A DNA stretch of 40,944 nt, taken from positions 1-40,944 of the forward strand of contig JBJEIV010000326.1 in assembly GCA_051877395.1 (NCBI GenBank), given 5' to 3'. A model generated the notes under the pieces. That model searched no databases and was not told where the DNA came from. It saw only the letters and a program-made list of their open reading frames with translations. Shown here piece after piece: positions 1-9,222 of this stretch. A program made the translations under genes and the position numbers. Position 1 is the first letter of the stretch. The number at the start of each line of letters is the position of its first letter. This DNA is from Candidatus Ornithomonoglobus sp. GTDB lineage: Bacteria > Bacillota > Clostridia > UBA1381.

Positions 1-69
1 CTCCCCCTTGCCGCTTCGCGGCGTTCCCCCTCCCGGAGGGGGACAAGCTTACGCCCTAAACAATAATTT
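1..69 (+). repeat. GC-rich palindromic repeat unit, copy 1 (may be truncated by the window edge)
   Basis: Bases 1-69 match 38496-38565 with a single 1-nt indel. It contains the hairpins GCCGC-TTC-GCGGC and CCCCCTCC/GGAGGGGG and ends in CTAAACAATAATTT. It lies immediately 3-prime of the minus-strand gene ending at 72. Confidence 0.8.
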
Positions 70-71
70 TT

Positions 72-830
72 TTAACAATATTTTTCATACCGGCATTGTT
101 CTTTTACTTCACTGCCTAAAAGTGTGATTGCTTTTTGAGGACAATGACTAATACAGCGATAACACATAGTACATTTCTTATCTGCAACTGCCTTGCCATT
201 CTGAACAGAAATATTTTTCATAGGGCATAAAGAAACACATAACTCACAACCGATACAATTTTTGCTGATTTTCAGCTTATCCGTATATCCCGTTGTTTTT
301 CCGTAAAACCAAAGTCTTTGCCCCAAAAGTCCAATAATATGAGAAATCAACGTTATGCCGTCTTTGGGATATTTATCCTGCTTTATCTGCTGTGCGGCAA
401 ATTCTATCTTTTTATCGGCTTGAATAACAATTTCTTTGTTTTGTTCAATCGTCTTTTTCAGAAGCTTGCTGTCACAGACGGAATCCGGCATTTTTATATG
501 AAGTCCGCCCAGAATAGTTGCGCCGTACTTTTTGAGCAGCCTTGCGGTACAGCCCGCACCGTCTCCGCTGAAAGCTCCCATTGTAGCAACACATAATATT
601 TTTTTGCCATTCCACAGCATTTTATTTCTGTTTATGAAATCTCTGACCATATAAGGCGCATTTGAATACTGTGTCGGATAGCCGAGTATTATGGCGCTGT
701 TCTTTTTTATTTCTTCAATAACATTGGTAGATTCCAAAGGTATAGACTTTGCGGAATTATCCAACAAGCTTGTTAATTTTTCAATACAGTGTTTTGTGTT
801 TCCTGTCCCGGATAAATATATTCCAAGCAT
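72..830 (-). CDS. Flavodoxin-like / two-[4Fe-4S] ferredoxin fusion protein (EFR1-type)
   Basis: 252-aa ORF with an N-terminal flavodoxin-type motif (YLSGTGNTK). The C-terminus has CIGCELCVSLCP and CTMCYRCISHCP cluster motifs. A GAGAGGGA RBS lies upstream. Confidence 0.7.
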   Translation of the reverse strand: MLGIYLSGTGNTKHCIEKLTSLLDNSAKSIPLESTNVIEEIKKNSAIILGYPTQYSNAPYMVRDFINRNKMLWNGKKILCVATMGAFSGDGAGCTARLLKKYGATILGGLHIKMPDSVCDSKLLKKTIEQNKEIVIQADKKIEFAAQQIKQDKYPKDGITLISHIIGLLGQRLWFYGKTTGYTDKLKISKNCIGCELCVSLCPMKNISVQNGKAVADKKCTMCYRCISHCPQKAITLLGSEVKEQCRYEKYC

Positions 831-864
831 CTTATATCCCTCTCAAATTCCGATTTTCCTGTCC

Positions 865-1764
865 TTATCTCACCTTCACAGGGGTTATGCCCTCCAATGT
901 GGGCTTAACGGCAATAATATCGCCGTTTTTGTCAAATTCCAGTCTGTCAATGCAAAGCTCGCGGTGATTGCCCGCCTCTGTGCTGTAATCCTCGACATCA
1001 CCGTATTTTTCAATATTAAAGCGGTGATAAGCTATGTACCATTCATCGGTTCCCGGAATATTCAGAACAGTGTGGTGTCCCGTGCATTTTATACGGCTGT
1101 CCTCCGCATTTCGGCGCGACAGAATAACCGTGTTGCCCTCCGGCTTCTGCATGGGTGACGTGCCCTTGCCGTATCTCACATGATAGTCCGGCGAGCGCGT
1201 ATCGTCCATACACCATGTATAATAATAAATACCGTTTCTTTTGAATACGCAGGAGCCTTCACGGAAGTCCGGCGGAGTTATGTCTACAGGCTCGCCGTCA
1301 AAGCTTGTCATATCCTCGCTGAGCTTTGCCGCATACATATGCCCATTGCCCCAGTACAGATATGACGCTCCGTCCTCATCGGTGAACACATCCGGGTCTA
1401 TCGCTACTCCCGGATAAGCTCCGTCTGCAACCAGCGGTCTGCCTATATCAATAAATTTTCCGGTCGGACTGTCCGACACCGCCGCGCCGATATTGTTGTT
1501 TCCGCTGTAGTAAAAATAGTATTTGCCATTCCTTCTGTCTATTGCCGGCGCCCATGCGCGCTGTCCGCCTGTCCACGGGACATCCGCAAGGTCAAGGATA
1601 ACTCCCTCGTCCTTCCAGTCTGTAAGATTATCCGATGAAAATACCTTAAAGGACGTGGAATTCCAGTTCTCACCGCCGTCTGTTGTGGGATAAATATAAA
1701 ATTTCCCGTCAAAGCACGCTATATCGGGATCGGCATAAAATCCCTTTATTATTGGATTACTCAT
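865..1764 (-). CDS. Glycoside hydrolase family 43 (beta-xylosidase / alpha-L-arabinofuranosidase type)
   Basis: 299-aa ORF. The N-terminus (NPIIKGFYADPDIACFDGKFYIYPTTDG) is the typical GH43 five-bladed propeller start with the catalytic Asp. It is divergent from an AraC regulator. Confidence 0.85.
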   Translation of the reverse strand: MSNPIIKGFYADPDIACFDGKFYIYPTTDGGENWNSTSFKVFSSDNLTDWKDEGVILDLADVPWTGGQRAWAPAIDRRNGKYYFYYSGNNNIGAAVSDSPTGKFIDIGRPLVADGAYPGVAIDPDVFTDEDGASYLYWGNGHMYAAKLSEDMTSFDGEPVDITPPDFREGSCVFKRNGIYYYTWCMDDTRSPDYHVRYGKGTSPMQKPEGNTVILSRRNAEDSRIKCTGHHTVLNIPGTDEWYIAYHRFNIEKYGDVEDYSTEAGNHRELCIDRLEFDKNGDIIAVKPTLEGITPVKVR

Positions 1765-1964
1765 AAAATTATTTTCCTTTCCGTTATTTTTTTATCTGTT
1801 TTCATTATACCATTACTGTAACCTTTATGCAAGAGCGCAGACAATAAAAAACATCTGTAAAACAAATGAAATTTTACTGTTTTTACAAATAGTAATCTGT
1901 AGAATTTATTTTTTATTAGATGTATGATATAATATATATGATTTTCAGAAAAACGGAGAAAACT

Positions 1965-2780
1965 ATGAATAAGAATATTATCATATCCCATGTTAAGCAC
2001 GACCCACACTTTACTGTTAACAAGTTCCACAGCCATGCGCAGTACGAAATAACATATCTTTTTAAGGGAAACCGAAAATACACCATAGGCAGTAAAGTAT
2101 TTTCCGCCGCGGCGCACAGCTTTATTTTTACGAATAAAAATACTTCGCATAAAACCGAATTTGAAGAATGTCCGGAATATGAACGCTTTTCAATTTACTT
2201 TACAGATGAATTTCTCACTTCACATTTTAATGCTGAAGCTGTTGAAGATATTCTGAAGCTTTTCGACACTTCTGTATTGAAGCTAACAGAGCAGAATGTG
2301 GGCTTTGTTGAAGGCATTCTTCATAAAGCGGAAAGTGAGTACAGGCTTTGCGGCAAATATTCACCTGTTCTTGTCGAGCTTTACACCGCTGAGCTTTTTA
2401 TATATATTCTGAGAATGAAGCTTGATTCCATGTCTGAAAATTTCGGTATGCATCATAAGAGTGCCGACTTCATAAGTCAGGTCACACAATATATAATTGA
2501 CAATTACAGCAATCCCATAACGCTTACGGATACCGCGGCTTATATGCACCTCAGCCCAAGCTGGTTTTCTTCAAAATTCAAAACCTGCGCCGGGCTCGGC
2601 TTCCGCGAATACCTTACAAGAGTACGGGTTCAGAAGGCATGCGAAATGCTGCTTGATACCAATCTTTCAATAACACAGATCGCAATGGACACAGGCTTCA
2701 ATGACAGCAACTATTTCGGAAGCGCCTTTAAAAAGGTTACAGGCATCTCACCCAGAAATTACAGAAAAAATAATACATAA
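1965..2780 (+). CDS. AraC family transcriptional regulator
   Basis: N-terminal cupin-like sensor with a C-terminal double HTH (ITQIAMDTGFNDSNYFGSAFKKVTGISPRNYR). I prefer the ATG at 1965 (MNKNII) because a GGAGA RBS precedes it, rather than the ORF-track start at 1920. Confidence 0.85.
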   Translation: MNKNIIISHVKHDPHFTVNKFHSHAQYEITYLFKGNRKYTIGSKVFSAAAHSFIFTNKNTSHKTEFEECPEYERFSIYFTDEFLTSHFNAEAVEDILKLFDTSVLKLTEQNVGFVEGILHKAESEYRLCGKYSPVLVELYTAELFIYILRMKLDSMSENFGMHHKSADFISQVTQYIIDNYSNPITLTDTAAYMHLSPSWFSSKFKTCAGLGFREYLTRVRVQKACEMLLDTNLSITQIAMDTGFNDSNYFGSAFKKVTGISPRNYRKNNT

Positions 2781-2785
2781 TAAAA

Positions 2786-2824
2786 ACAGTATAAGACCGC
2801 TTTTCAGTTCTTATACTGTTTTTC
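2786..2824. terminator. Bidirectional intrinsic terminator between convergent genes
   Basis: Perfect 11-bp stem ACAGTATAAGA / TCTTATACTGT (2786-2796 / 2809-2819), flanked by an A-run upstream and a T-run downstream. Confidence 0.8.
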
Positions 2825-2826
2825 TG

Positions 2827-3612
2827 TTAAAGCGCTGCAAGCTCCCTGTACAATTCCTTTTTTCTGCTCATAAGAACAGGAAACTCCGCTCTCTTTTTCT
2901 CAACATCTGCCGGAATATCTGCTATAAGCATACTCTCCTTATAAGGCACCGCCTGCGCAACAACATTGCCCAAAGGATCAATTATCATACTGTCGCCGCT
3001 GTATGACAGTCCGTCCTGCTCTCCGCAGCAGTTGATGCCTATTATATAAGCCTGATTTTCAATTGCCCGCGCCTTCAGCAGCGTTATCCAGTGCTCACGC
3101 CTTGAAGCAGGCCAGTTTGCCGCTGTCGTCATTACGGTAGAGGTATCGGTCACAGCTCTGAAAATTTCGGGGAATCGCAGATCGTAGCATATAAAGGTCG
3201 AAATTTTATGCCCCGCTATTGAAACGGTTGTCGGAAGTGCGTTTCCGCTTTCAAAGTCCTCCCGCTCTCCGCCTATGGCAAAGGAATGTATTTTTACATA
3301 ATCGCTTACAATATTACCGTTTTTGTCCGCGACAGCATAATGATTTTCTCCCTTGCCCTTATTCAGCCTTACATAGCCAAAGCCTATTGCGATATTATTT
3401 TCCGCCGCGGCGCGCTTCATACATTCTATCGTAAAGCCGTCGCTTTCTCCCATGAACCCGATATTCATTGAAAACCCGGTAAAGCTCATTTCGGGAAAAA
3501 AGCATATTTCGGCGCCTTTTTCCGCTGCCGTTTTAATAAGCTCCAACGCTCTTTTCAGATTTTCCTCTTTGTTTTCAAATATAATTTCAGTCTGAAATAC
3601 CGCTGTTTTCAT
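2827..3612 (-). CDS. Carbon-nitrogen hydrolase (nitrilase superfamily) protein
   Basis: 261-aa ORF with the FPEMSFTG glutamate motif and the FICYDLRFPE catalytic Cys motif typical of C-N hydrolases. Confidence 0.85.
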   Translation of the reverse strand: MKTAVFQTEIIFENKEENLKRALELIKTAAEKGAEICFFPEMSFTGFSMNIGFMGESDGFTIECMKRAAAENNIAIGFGYVRLNKGKGENHYAVADKNGNIVSDYVKIHSFAIGGEREDFESGNALPTTVSIAGHKISTFICYDLRFPEIFRAVTDTSTVMTTAANWPASRREHWITLLKARAIENQAYIIGINCCGEQDGLSYSGDSMIIDPLGNVVAQAVPYKESMLIADIPADVEKKRAEFPVLMSRKKELYRELAAL

Positions 3613-3616
3613 ATAA

Positions 3617-4879
3617 TTATCTTATTCTCTTTGCTTCAAGATAAAATCTCTTGTCAGCCGCTTCACCCATTGAGAAGGTCTTTCTCGGAAGCGAGCCGTC
3701 CTTTATTACGGTTGTGAAAAGGTCGTTTTTCTCCATACCGTCCACAATAAAGCCTATTGTATCAGGCTTTTCGGTGAGATTTCTTACAACGTCCGCGCCG
3801 TGGATATAATCTATTTCGCCGCCGCTTGTCACAAGATACTCATCCAGGAATTTCTGCAAGGTTCCTATGGCAAGATTTGAGGGCGCGTCCGTTATGTAGA
3901 CGGCCTTTTCCTTACCCTGACATGTTATTACTATTTTCTGTCCGCCGTTATCCGTTTCGGATATCTGCGGATAATATGAATACAGTGCAAGCTCCACCTT
4001 CTCTGGGTCAACGTCAAATACAACTCTGTGTATAGGCTCAAACTCAAGCGCCTCGTCATGAAGATTCATAAGCTCAACCAGAGCGAACCGCGCGGGATGA
4101 TTTCTCTGCTCCTCCGCCGATAAGGTTTTCTTTATTTCCTCCCAGCAGGTCTTTGCCGTCGCAAGCGAATGATTTCCGTCGCCTACCGCAATCACAAGAA
4201 CATCCCTGCCCTTTACACCATACTTTTCATCAAAAGCATCTCTGTCCTCAAGCGCGTGAAGTCCGTTTATTACTGCCTCCTTTGATGTCTCGTCAAGCAG
4301 CCTTCCCTTTATGTGTCCGCCTCCCTGCATAAGGTCAAAATCATAAACAACCTGTAGCTCAGAAGCCTTTGCCGTTACAGGCTCCACTATGGTCTTTTCC
4401 CTGTCATCGACAAGCATGAGTATATGGGGAAGCTCCAGCGGAGCGTTCTTTCTTATCTTCTGTCTCGGCGGTATTCTTGAAATTATTGTGCCCTCAGTCG
4501 CTCTTACCGCCGACTGTGAGCCCTTTGAAAAATCATAATATTCAAGGTCAATTTTGCCGACTATACCGTGGCGCACCTTTCCGTTCGGCTGTGTACGCTC
4601 AACGTATATAAGGCTGTCGTGATATTCCTCAAAGATACCGTCTTTGAGGTATTTTTCCATTGTCTCGTTTATCTTCTTTATCCTCTCATCATCATTTCCG
4701 TCATTGAGATATGCCTCCGGGAAAATGATATTGAGAGTTGACGGCGCATCGCCCACAAGCTCCGCGGCGCGCTTCCAGTATTCCGGCTCCGAGGAATACT
4801 GATCGCAGGCAACCACGCTCCACTTTGTAAAATCCTGATTCTTTGGCAGCAATATATCTGCCGGCATAAAAATATCCAT
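3617..4879 (-). CDS. DUF1015 family protein
   Basis: 420-aa ORF. The WSVVACDQYSSEPEYW and VGDGNHSLATAK motifs resemble the DUF1015 (DGHHR-type) family. There is a 4-nt gap to the downstream C-N hydrolase gene. Confidence 0.65.
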   Translation of the reverse strand: MDIFMPADILLPKNQDFTKWSVVACDQYSSEPEYWKRAAELVGDAPSTLNIIFPEAYLNDGNDDERIKKINETMEKYLKDGIFEEYHDSLIYVERTQPNGKVRHGIVGKIDLEYYDFSKGSQSAVRATEGTIISRIPPRQKIRKNAPLELPHILMLVDDREKTIVEPVTAKASELQVVYDFDLMQGGGHIKGRLLDETSKEAVINGLHALEDRDAFDEKYGVKGRDVLVIAVGDGNHSLATAKTCWEEIKKTLSAEEQRNHPARFALVELMNLHDEALEFEPIHRVVFDVDPEKVELALYSYYPQISETDNGGQKIVITCQGKEKAVYITDAPSNLAIGTLQKFLDEYLVTSGGEIDYIHGADVVRNLTEKPDTIGFIVDGMEKNDLFTTVIKDGSLPRKTFSMGEAADKRFYLEAKRIR

Positions 4880-4893
4880 ATTGTTTTCTCTCC

Positions 4894-5382
4894 TTATTTA
4901 GTAATATCTGCAAATATGCAGCTTGTCGCTTTCTTTAAGTCCTGCGGCGTCATTATCAGCGTAACTCCGCAGGTTCCGCCGCTGACGGCAACCTTTTCAA
5001 GCTTCTCTGCCGACGCGTTTACAAAGGTCGGATACTGTTTTTTCATCCCTATCGGCGAAACTCCGCCGCGGATATATCCCGTAAGCCCCAAAAGCTCTTT
5101 GACGTGTATCATCTCAACCTTCTTGTCCCCTGCCGCCTTTGCGAGCTTTTTCATATCCACCTCGCAGCTTACCGGAACGCACGCGACCATAATTCCTTTT
5201 TTGTCGCCGCGCGCCACAAGCGTTTTAAAGGACATCTCCGGCGCAAGTCCTGTGAGGGCGGCAATTTTTTCACCGAAATCCTCACCGACCTCTTCAGCCT
5301 CATATTCGATTTCCTCAAATTCTATCTTTTTTGTCCGCAAAAGACGCATTGCGTTTGTTATTACAGGCTTTTTCTTTGCCAT
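4894..5382 (-). CDS. ybaK: Cys-tRNA(Pro)/Cys-tRNA(Cys) deacylase YbaK
   Basis: YbaK/EbsC-type sequence (ITNAMRLLRTKKIEFEEIEY ... GYIRGGVSPIG). The ATG at 5382 (MAKKK) follows an AAAGGTGG RBS, so I prefer it to the GTG at 5391. Confidence 0.8.
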   Translation of the reverse strand: MAKKKPVITNAMRLLRTKKIEFEEIEYEAEEVGEDFGEKIAALTGLAPEMSFKTLVARGDKKGIMVACVPVSCEVDMKKLAKAAGDKKVEMIHVKELLGLTGYIRGGVSPIGMKKQYPTFVNASAEKLEKVAVSGGTCGVTLIMTPQDLKKATSCIFADITK

Positions 5383-5394
5383 AGCTTCCACCTT

Positions 5395-7785
5395 TTACTT
5401 TAATTCTGCCACAGTTACTCCGTCGTCACCCTCGCCGAACGCGCCCGGTCTCCATGACTTGACATATCTGTGCTTTCTGAGCATTTCTCTCACATGCTTT
5501 TTAAGCACGCCCGTTCCCTTTCCGTGCACAATTCTCACCGGTGAAATTCCGGCAAGATAGCAGTCGTCAAGGAATTTTTCGACATTCATCCACGCCTCCT
5601 CGGGGTACTGACCGCGCACGTCAACCTCTGTTGATACCGTTTTTGTCTTTGACTCAAAGGAGCGCGTAGGAACGAATTTCTCCGTCATTTCCTTCTGTTT
5701 CTGCTTATCGTTATCTATGCGGCGGAGATTTGACACATGGACATCCATTTTGATAATTCCCGCCTGAACTCTCGCCTTTCCGCTCTTGTCCGGCGGCTTT
5801 ATAATCGTTGCCTCCTGGTCAAGGTCAAGTATCTTTACAAGCTCGCCCGGTCTGAGGTTTTTAGGCGGCTCGACATAGGTCTGCTTAGGCTTTGAAACCC
5901 GCTTCATCTTATCGTCTATGCTGTCCTCGCGCTTTTTGAGCTTTTCCCTTGCCTCGCTCGTCTTATCGTCAAGATTTCCGCCCGCTTTAATGCCCTTCTG
6001 CCGCATTCTCTCAAGGTCGCGGATGATTTCGTTTGCCTCGCTCTTGGCGTCCATAACAATGATTTTAGCCTCTCTGTGCGCCTCCTCAAGGATCCTTGCC
6101 TTGTTCTCCTTGAGCTTTATCCTGTCCGCCTCGACCTGCTTTCTAAGCTCCTTAAGCTCTCTCTTCATTCTCGCGTTTTCATCGGCGTCACGGCGCGCCT
6201 CCGCCCTTGCCTGTTCAAGGTCGGTTACAACGTCCTCAAAGCGGATATCCTCATCAGAAAGAATATCGCCTGCGCGGTCTATGACCCTCTGATCAAGTCC
6301 CAGCCGTCTTGAAATTGCAAACGCGTTTGATTTTCCCGGCACCCCGATCAACAGCCTGTAGGTCGGCTGTAAGGTCTTTACGTCAAACTCGCAGGAGGCA
6401 TTTTCAACACCGTCTGTTGTCAGGGCAAAAAGCTTTAATTCACTGTAATGTGTTGTCGCCAGCGTCTTTACCCCCATAAGCCGCAGATGCTCTATGATTG
6501 CTATCGCAAGCGCCGCGCCCTCTGTCGGGTCGGTTCCCGCGCCAAGCTCGTCAAACAATGCGAGCGTGTTGTTGTCCACGTTTTTCAGTATCTTTACGAT
6601 ATTTACCATGTGCGATGAGAAGGTTGAAAGGCTCTGCTCAATCGACTGCTCATCGCCTATATCCGCATATATCTTCGAGAACACCGCCGCGTCGCTGTTT
6701 TCCCTAGCCGTTATATGCAGTCCCGCCGCCGCCATGACAGAAAGCAGTCCCACGGTTTTAAGCGTTACCGTTTTGCCGCCGGTGTTAGGTCCTGTTACGA
6801 TAAGCGAATCTATTTCCTTGCCAAAGGTTATGTCATTTGCGACAACCTTGTCCTTGTCGATCAGCGGATGGCGCGCGCGCTTGAAATTAATTATTCCTTT
6901 TCCGTTAAGACGCGGCTCCGTTGCGTCCATGTCAAGGGAAAGCTTTCCCTTTACAAATATAAAATCAAGCTCCGCTATTGTGCGGTAATCGACAAATATC
7001 TCATGCGAGTTCTCCGCGGCAGCCGCGGAAAGCTCCGCCAAAATACGCTCTATCTCCTGCTGCTCCTTATTGCGCAGATCACGGATTTCATTATTTGAGT
7101 TCACAACGCTCATAGGCTCTATGAACATGGTCTGTCCGGTCGCCGAGGTGTCATGAACAATACCCGGCACCTCGCTTTTGTATTCGGCGCGCACGGGGAT
7201 CACATATCTGTCCGACCGCATTGTTACGATCGGGTCCTGCAAATATTTTTTATAGTGCGCGCTGTGGATCATTCCGTTTAGCGTGTCCTTGATCTTGCCG
7301 TTGAGATTTTTCATCTTGCGCCGTATCGTTGACAGCTCCGGCGACGCATCATCGGCAAGCTCCTCCTCGGAAATTACCGCTCCGTTTATCTTATCCTCAA
7401 GAGCCTTCGCGGTAAGAAGCTGCTGCCCCATATCATGGAGCACACTGCATTCCTCCGCCGCCTCCTCAAGATATGACTTGAGCCTTCTTGCAGCATAAAG
7501 CACCCTTGAAATTTCAATAAGCTCGCGGATTGCAAGAACTCCGCCCTGCTCCGCGCGCTTTATCGAACCGCGTACATCCGCAACGGACATATTGACCGGC
7601 GGCGCTCCGAGCTTTAAAAGTGTTGACATTGCCTCGGTCGTTTCCTTCTGCGCCGCCATTGCCTCTTTTACCGTTGTGTAAGGTTCAAGCCTGTATATTC
7701 TCTTTTTAACCGGCTCGGATTGGGTATAACCCTGCATCCGATCCAGAATCTTATCAAATTCTAATATTTTTAATACCTTTTTCAA
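5395..7785 (-). CDS. mutS2: Endonuclease MutS2
   Basis: 796 aa. It has a MutS-type Walker A (VTGPNTGGKT), a long coiled-coil region and a C-terminal Smr domain (VDVRGQYPEEA ... IVHGKGTGVLK). Confidence 0.95.
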   Translation of the reverse strand: MKKVLKILEFDKILDRMQGYTQSEPVKKRIYRLEPYTTVKEAMAAQKETTEAMSTLLKLGAPPVNMSVADVRGSIKRAEQGGVLAIRELIEISRVLYAARRLKSYLEEAAEECSVLHDMGQQLLTAKALEDKINGAVISEEELADDASPELSTIRRKMKNLNGKIKDTLNGMIHSAHYKKYLQDPIVTMRSDRYVIPVRAEYKSEVPGIVHDTSATGQTMFIEPMSVVNSNNEIRDLRNKEQQEIERILAELSAAAAENSHEIFVDYRTIAELDFIFVKGKLSLDMDATEPRLNGKGIINFKRARHPLIDKDKVVANDITFGKEIDSLIVTGPNTGGKTVTLKTVGLLSVMAAAGLHITARENSDAAVFSKIYADIGDEQSIEQSLSTFSSHMVNIVKILKNVDNNTLALFDELGAGTDPTEGAALAIAIIEHLRLMGVKTLATTHYSELKLFALTTDGVENASCEFDVKTLQPTYRLLIGVPGKSNAFAISRRLGLDQRVIDRAGDILSDEDIRFEDVVTDLEQARAEARRDADENARMKRELKELRKQVEADRIKLKENKARILEEAHREAKIIVMDAKSEANEIIRDLERMRQKGIKAGGNLDDKTSEAREKLKKREDSIDDKMKRVSKPKQTYVEPPKNLRPGELVKILDLDQEATIIKPPDKSGKARVQAGIIKMDVHVSNLRRIDNDKQKQKEMTEKFVPTRSFESKTKTVSTEVDVRGQYPEEAWMNVEKFLDDCYLAGISPVRIVHGKGTGVLKKHVREMLRKHRYVKSWRPGAFGEGDDGVTVAELK

Positions 7786-7801
7786 ATTTACTGTTCCTCG
7801 T

Positions 7802-8467
7802 CTATGATAATTTATATACCTTCAGATCGGAATACTCACCGATAAGCGGCGCCATCTGACGGAAGCCTATCTTGCCGCCGCCGAGAACCGCGCCGTATTC
7901 CTTTCCGTCATCCTGCCATGAAAATACTGTGAGACCGTCAACCGAAAAATCTATTTTTCCGTTGTACTTTGTGAGCTTCAGCTCATAATATTCCTTTGCG
8001 TCCTCACAATCCGGGATCGGGTCCGCGCCCTGACATACGAGATGAAAGCCGCAGCTCTTTCTCAGATTGCAGGTGTGAAAGCCTCTTTCCTCCTCCCACT
8101 TTCTTCTGAAATATGAAACGTGATACGCGTTTATATCGCCGCTGTGATACAGCGCATACTGTCCGTCACGCGGTGTAAGCGACGGGTCAAAAATATCCTC
8201 GCCGTTTTTTCCCTTTGCCGAGAAGAATAATATGCACAGTCCCGGCTCCTCAATCGGGCGGAATTTCCACTCTATTTCAACCTCCGACGGGAAATCCTCG
8301 GGACACCAGAACACAAAATTTGACTTCTGCCCCAACTCCGCCGACAGATTATTCTTCATTCTCATCTTACCGTTTTCAAAGTAAACGCTCGCGCTGCCCT
8401 CCATAACAAAGTCCTTAACATCCTCCTCGCGCGCCAAAGCGTTTTCATATATTAACTCTCTTTCCAT
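7802..8467 (-). CDS. DUF1961 family protein (YesU-like)
   Basis: Strong resemblance to the B. subtilis YesU pattern (FVFWCPEDFP, PGLCILFFSA, YHSGDINAYHVSYFRRK, CNLRKS.GFHL, GKIGFRQMAP). The start at 8467 (MEREL) follows a GGAGGAA RBS. Confidence 0.7.
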   Translation of the reverse strand: MERELIYENALAREEDVKDFVMEGSASVYFENGKMRMKNNLSAELGQKSNFVFWCPEDFPSEVEIEWKFRPIEEPGLCILFFSAKGKNGEDIFDPSLTPRDGQYALYHSGDINAYHVSYFRRKWEEERGFHTCNLRKSCGFHLVCQGADPIPDCEDAKEYYELKLTKYNGKIDFSVDGLTVFSWQDDGKEYGAVLGGGKIGFRQMAPLIGEYSDLKVYKLS

Positions 8468-8590
8468 AAGCTCAATTCCTCCCTGCAAGAAAATTTCAAT
8501 AATATTATAACAGAAAAAACTGAATAAAACAATATCATATTGAAATTTCCCACAAGAAATGCCCCGCATTATGCAAAGGCATTTATAAGC

Positions 8591-9067
8591 TTACTTTTCA
8601 TTTACAAGCTTGCCGGTTAAATGCTCTATGGTCAGTGCAATCATCTGTACTCTGTGCGCATCCTTTTTCATTTCTTCATTTACCCCGTCCTCTGTGGGAT
8701 AATATTTTAATGCCAGCAGTCGTACCTTCTCATTAGTTAAAGCTCTGTCGCTCACAAGCTCCGCGCGTCCCATTGCGACTACGCTTGTTACATTCCATGC
8801 CCAATCTCCGTCCTTTTGAAATCCTGTGTTCCATGTGGTGAAGCATACTTTATCGCAATTCCTTATCGCATCAATTTTATGCCCCTCCTTGGCGCAGTGA
8901 AAATATATTCTTCTGTCTTTCTCATCATAATAAAAATCCATTGGGATACCGTACGGATATCCGTTGTCGCCAAGTACGGATAAAACACCTCTTTTTTCGG
9001 TTTTAAGTATTTGTATACACTCGTCCTCTGAAACTGCCTGCTTAAACCTTCTCATTTCTCTGAACAT
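8591..9067 (-). CDS. Pyridoxamine 5-prime-phosphate oxidase family (NimA-like) flavoprotein
   Basis: MFREMRRFKQAVSEDECIQILK..RGVLSVLGDNGYPYGIPMDFYY is typical of the clostridial PNPOx/Nim family. The ATG at 9067 lies 6 nt after GGAGGT. Confidence 0.75.
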   Translation of the reverse strand: MFREMRRFKQAVSEDECIQILKTEKRGVLSVLGDNGYPYGIPMDFYYDEKDRRIYFHCAKEGHKIDAIRNCDKVCFTTWNTGFQKDGDWAWNVTSVVAMGRAELVSDRALTNEKVRLLALKYYPTEDGVNEEMKKDAHRVQMIALTIEHLTGKLVNEK

Positions 9068-9102
9068 TTCCATACCTCCAAAATCCATAATCTCGCTTAT
9101 CT

Positions 9103-9222
9103 ATATAGCTTGCATTAAGTACCCTGTATTTTAATAGTACTTAATGCAAGCGGTTAAGACCTCTTTTGACTAAGTTTTCTTCATTGCATTGACTATAGAA
9201 AACTTAGTCAAAAGCATATATA
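9103..9222 (+). repeat. Double-hairpin intergenic repeat, copy A
   Basis: About 120 bp and about 90 percent identical to 26187-26306. Hairpin 1 has a perfect 15-bp stem (9108-9122 / 9137-9151). Hairpin 2 has a perfect 17-bp stem (9163-9179 / 9198-9214). Differences between the copies inside stems are compensatory. Confidence 0.85.

Noticed and set aside
1761-2150. 129-aa minus-strand ORF in the GH43/AraC divergent region
   Set aside because: It overlaps the AraC gene start and the intergenic promoter region. It is AT-rich and low-complexity, with no RBS, so I treat it as spurious.
4916-5560. 214-aa plus-strand ORF antisense to ybaK and mutS2, plus similar long antisense ORFs within mutS2, cysK, metY, hdrA, flxC and the SNF2 gene
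   Set aside because: They lie antisense to, or out of frame with, genes that have clear family signatures. Their Ser/Pro/Arg-rich composition is typical of shadow ORFs in GC-rich coding DNA.
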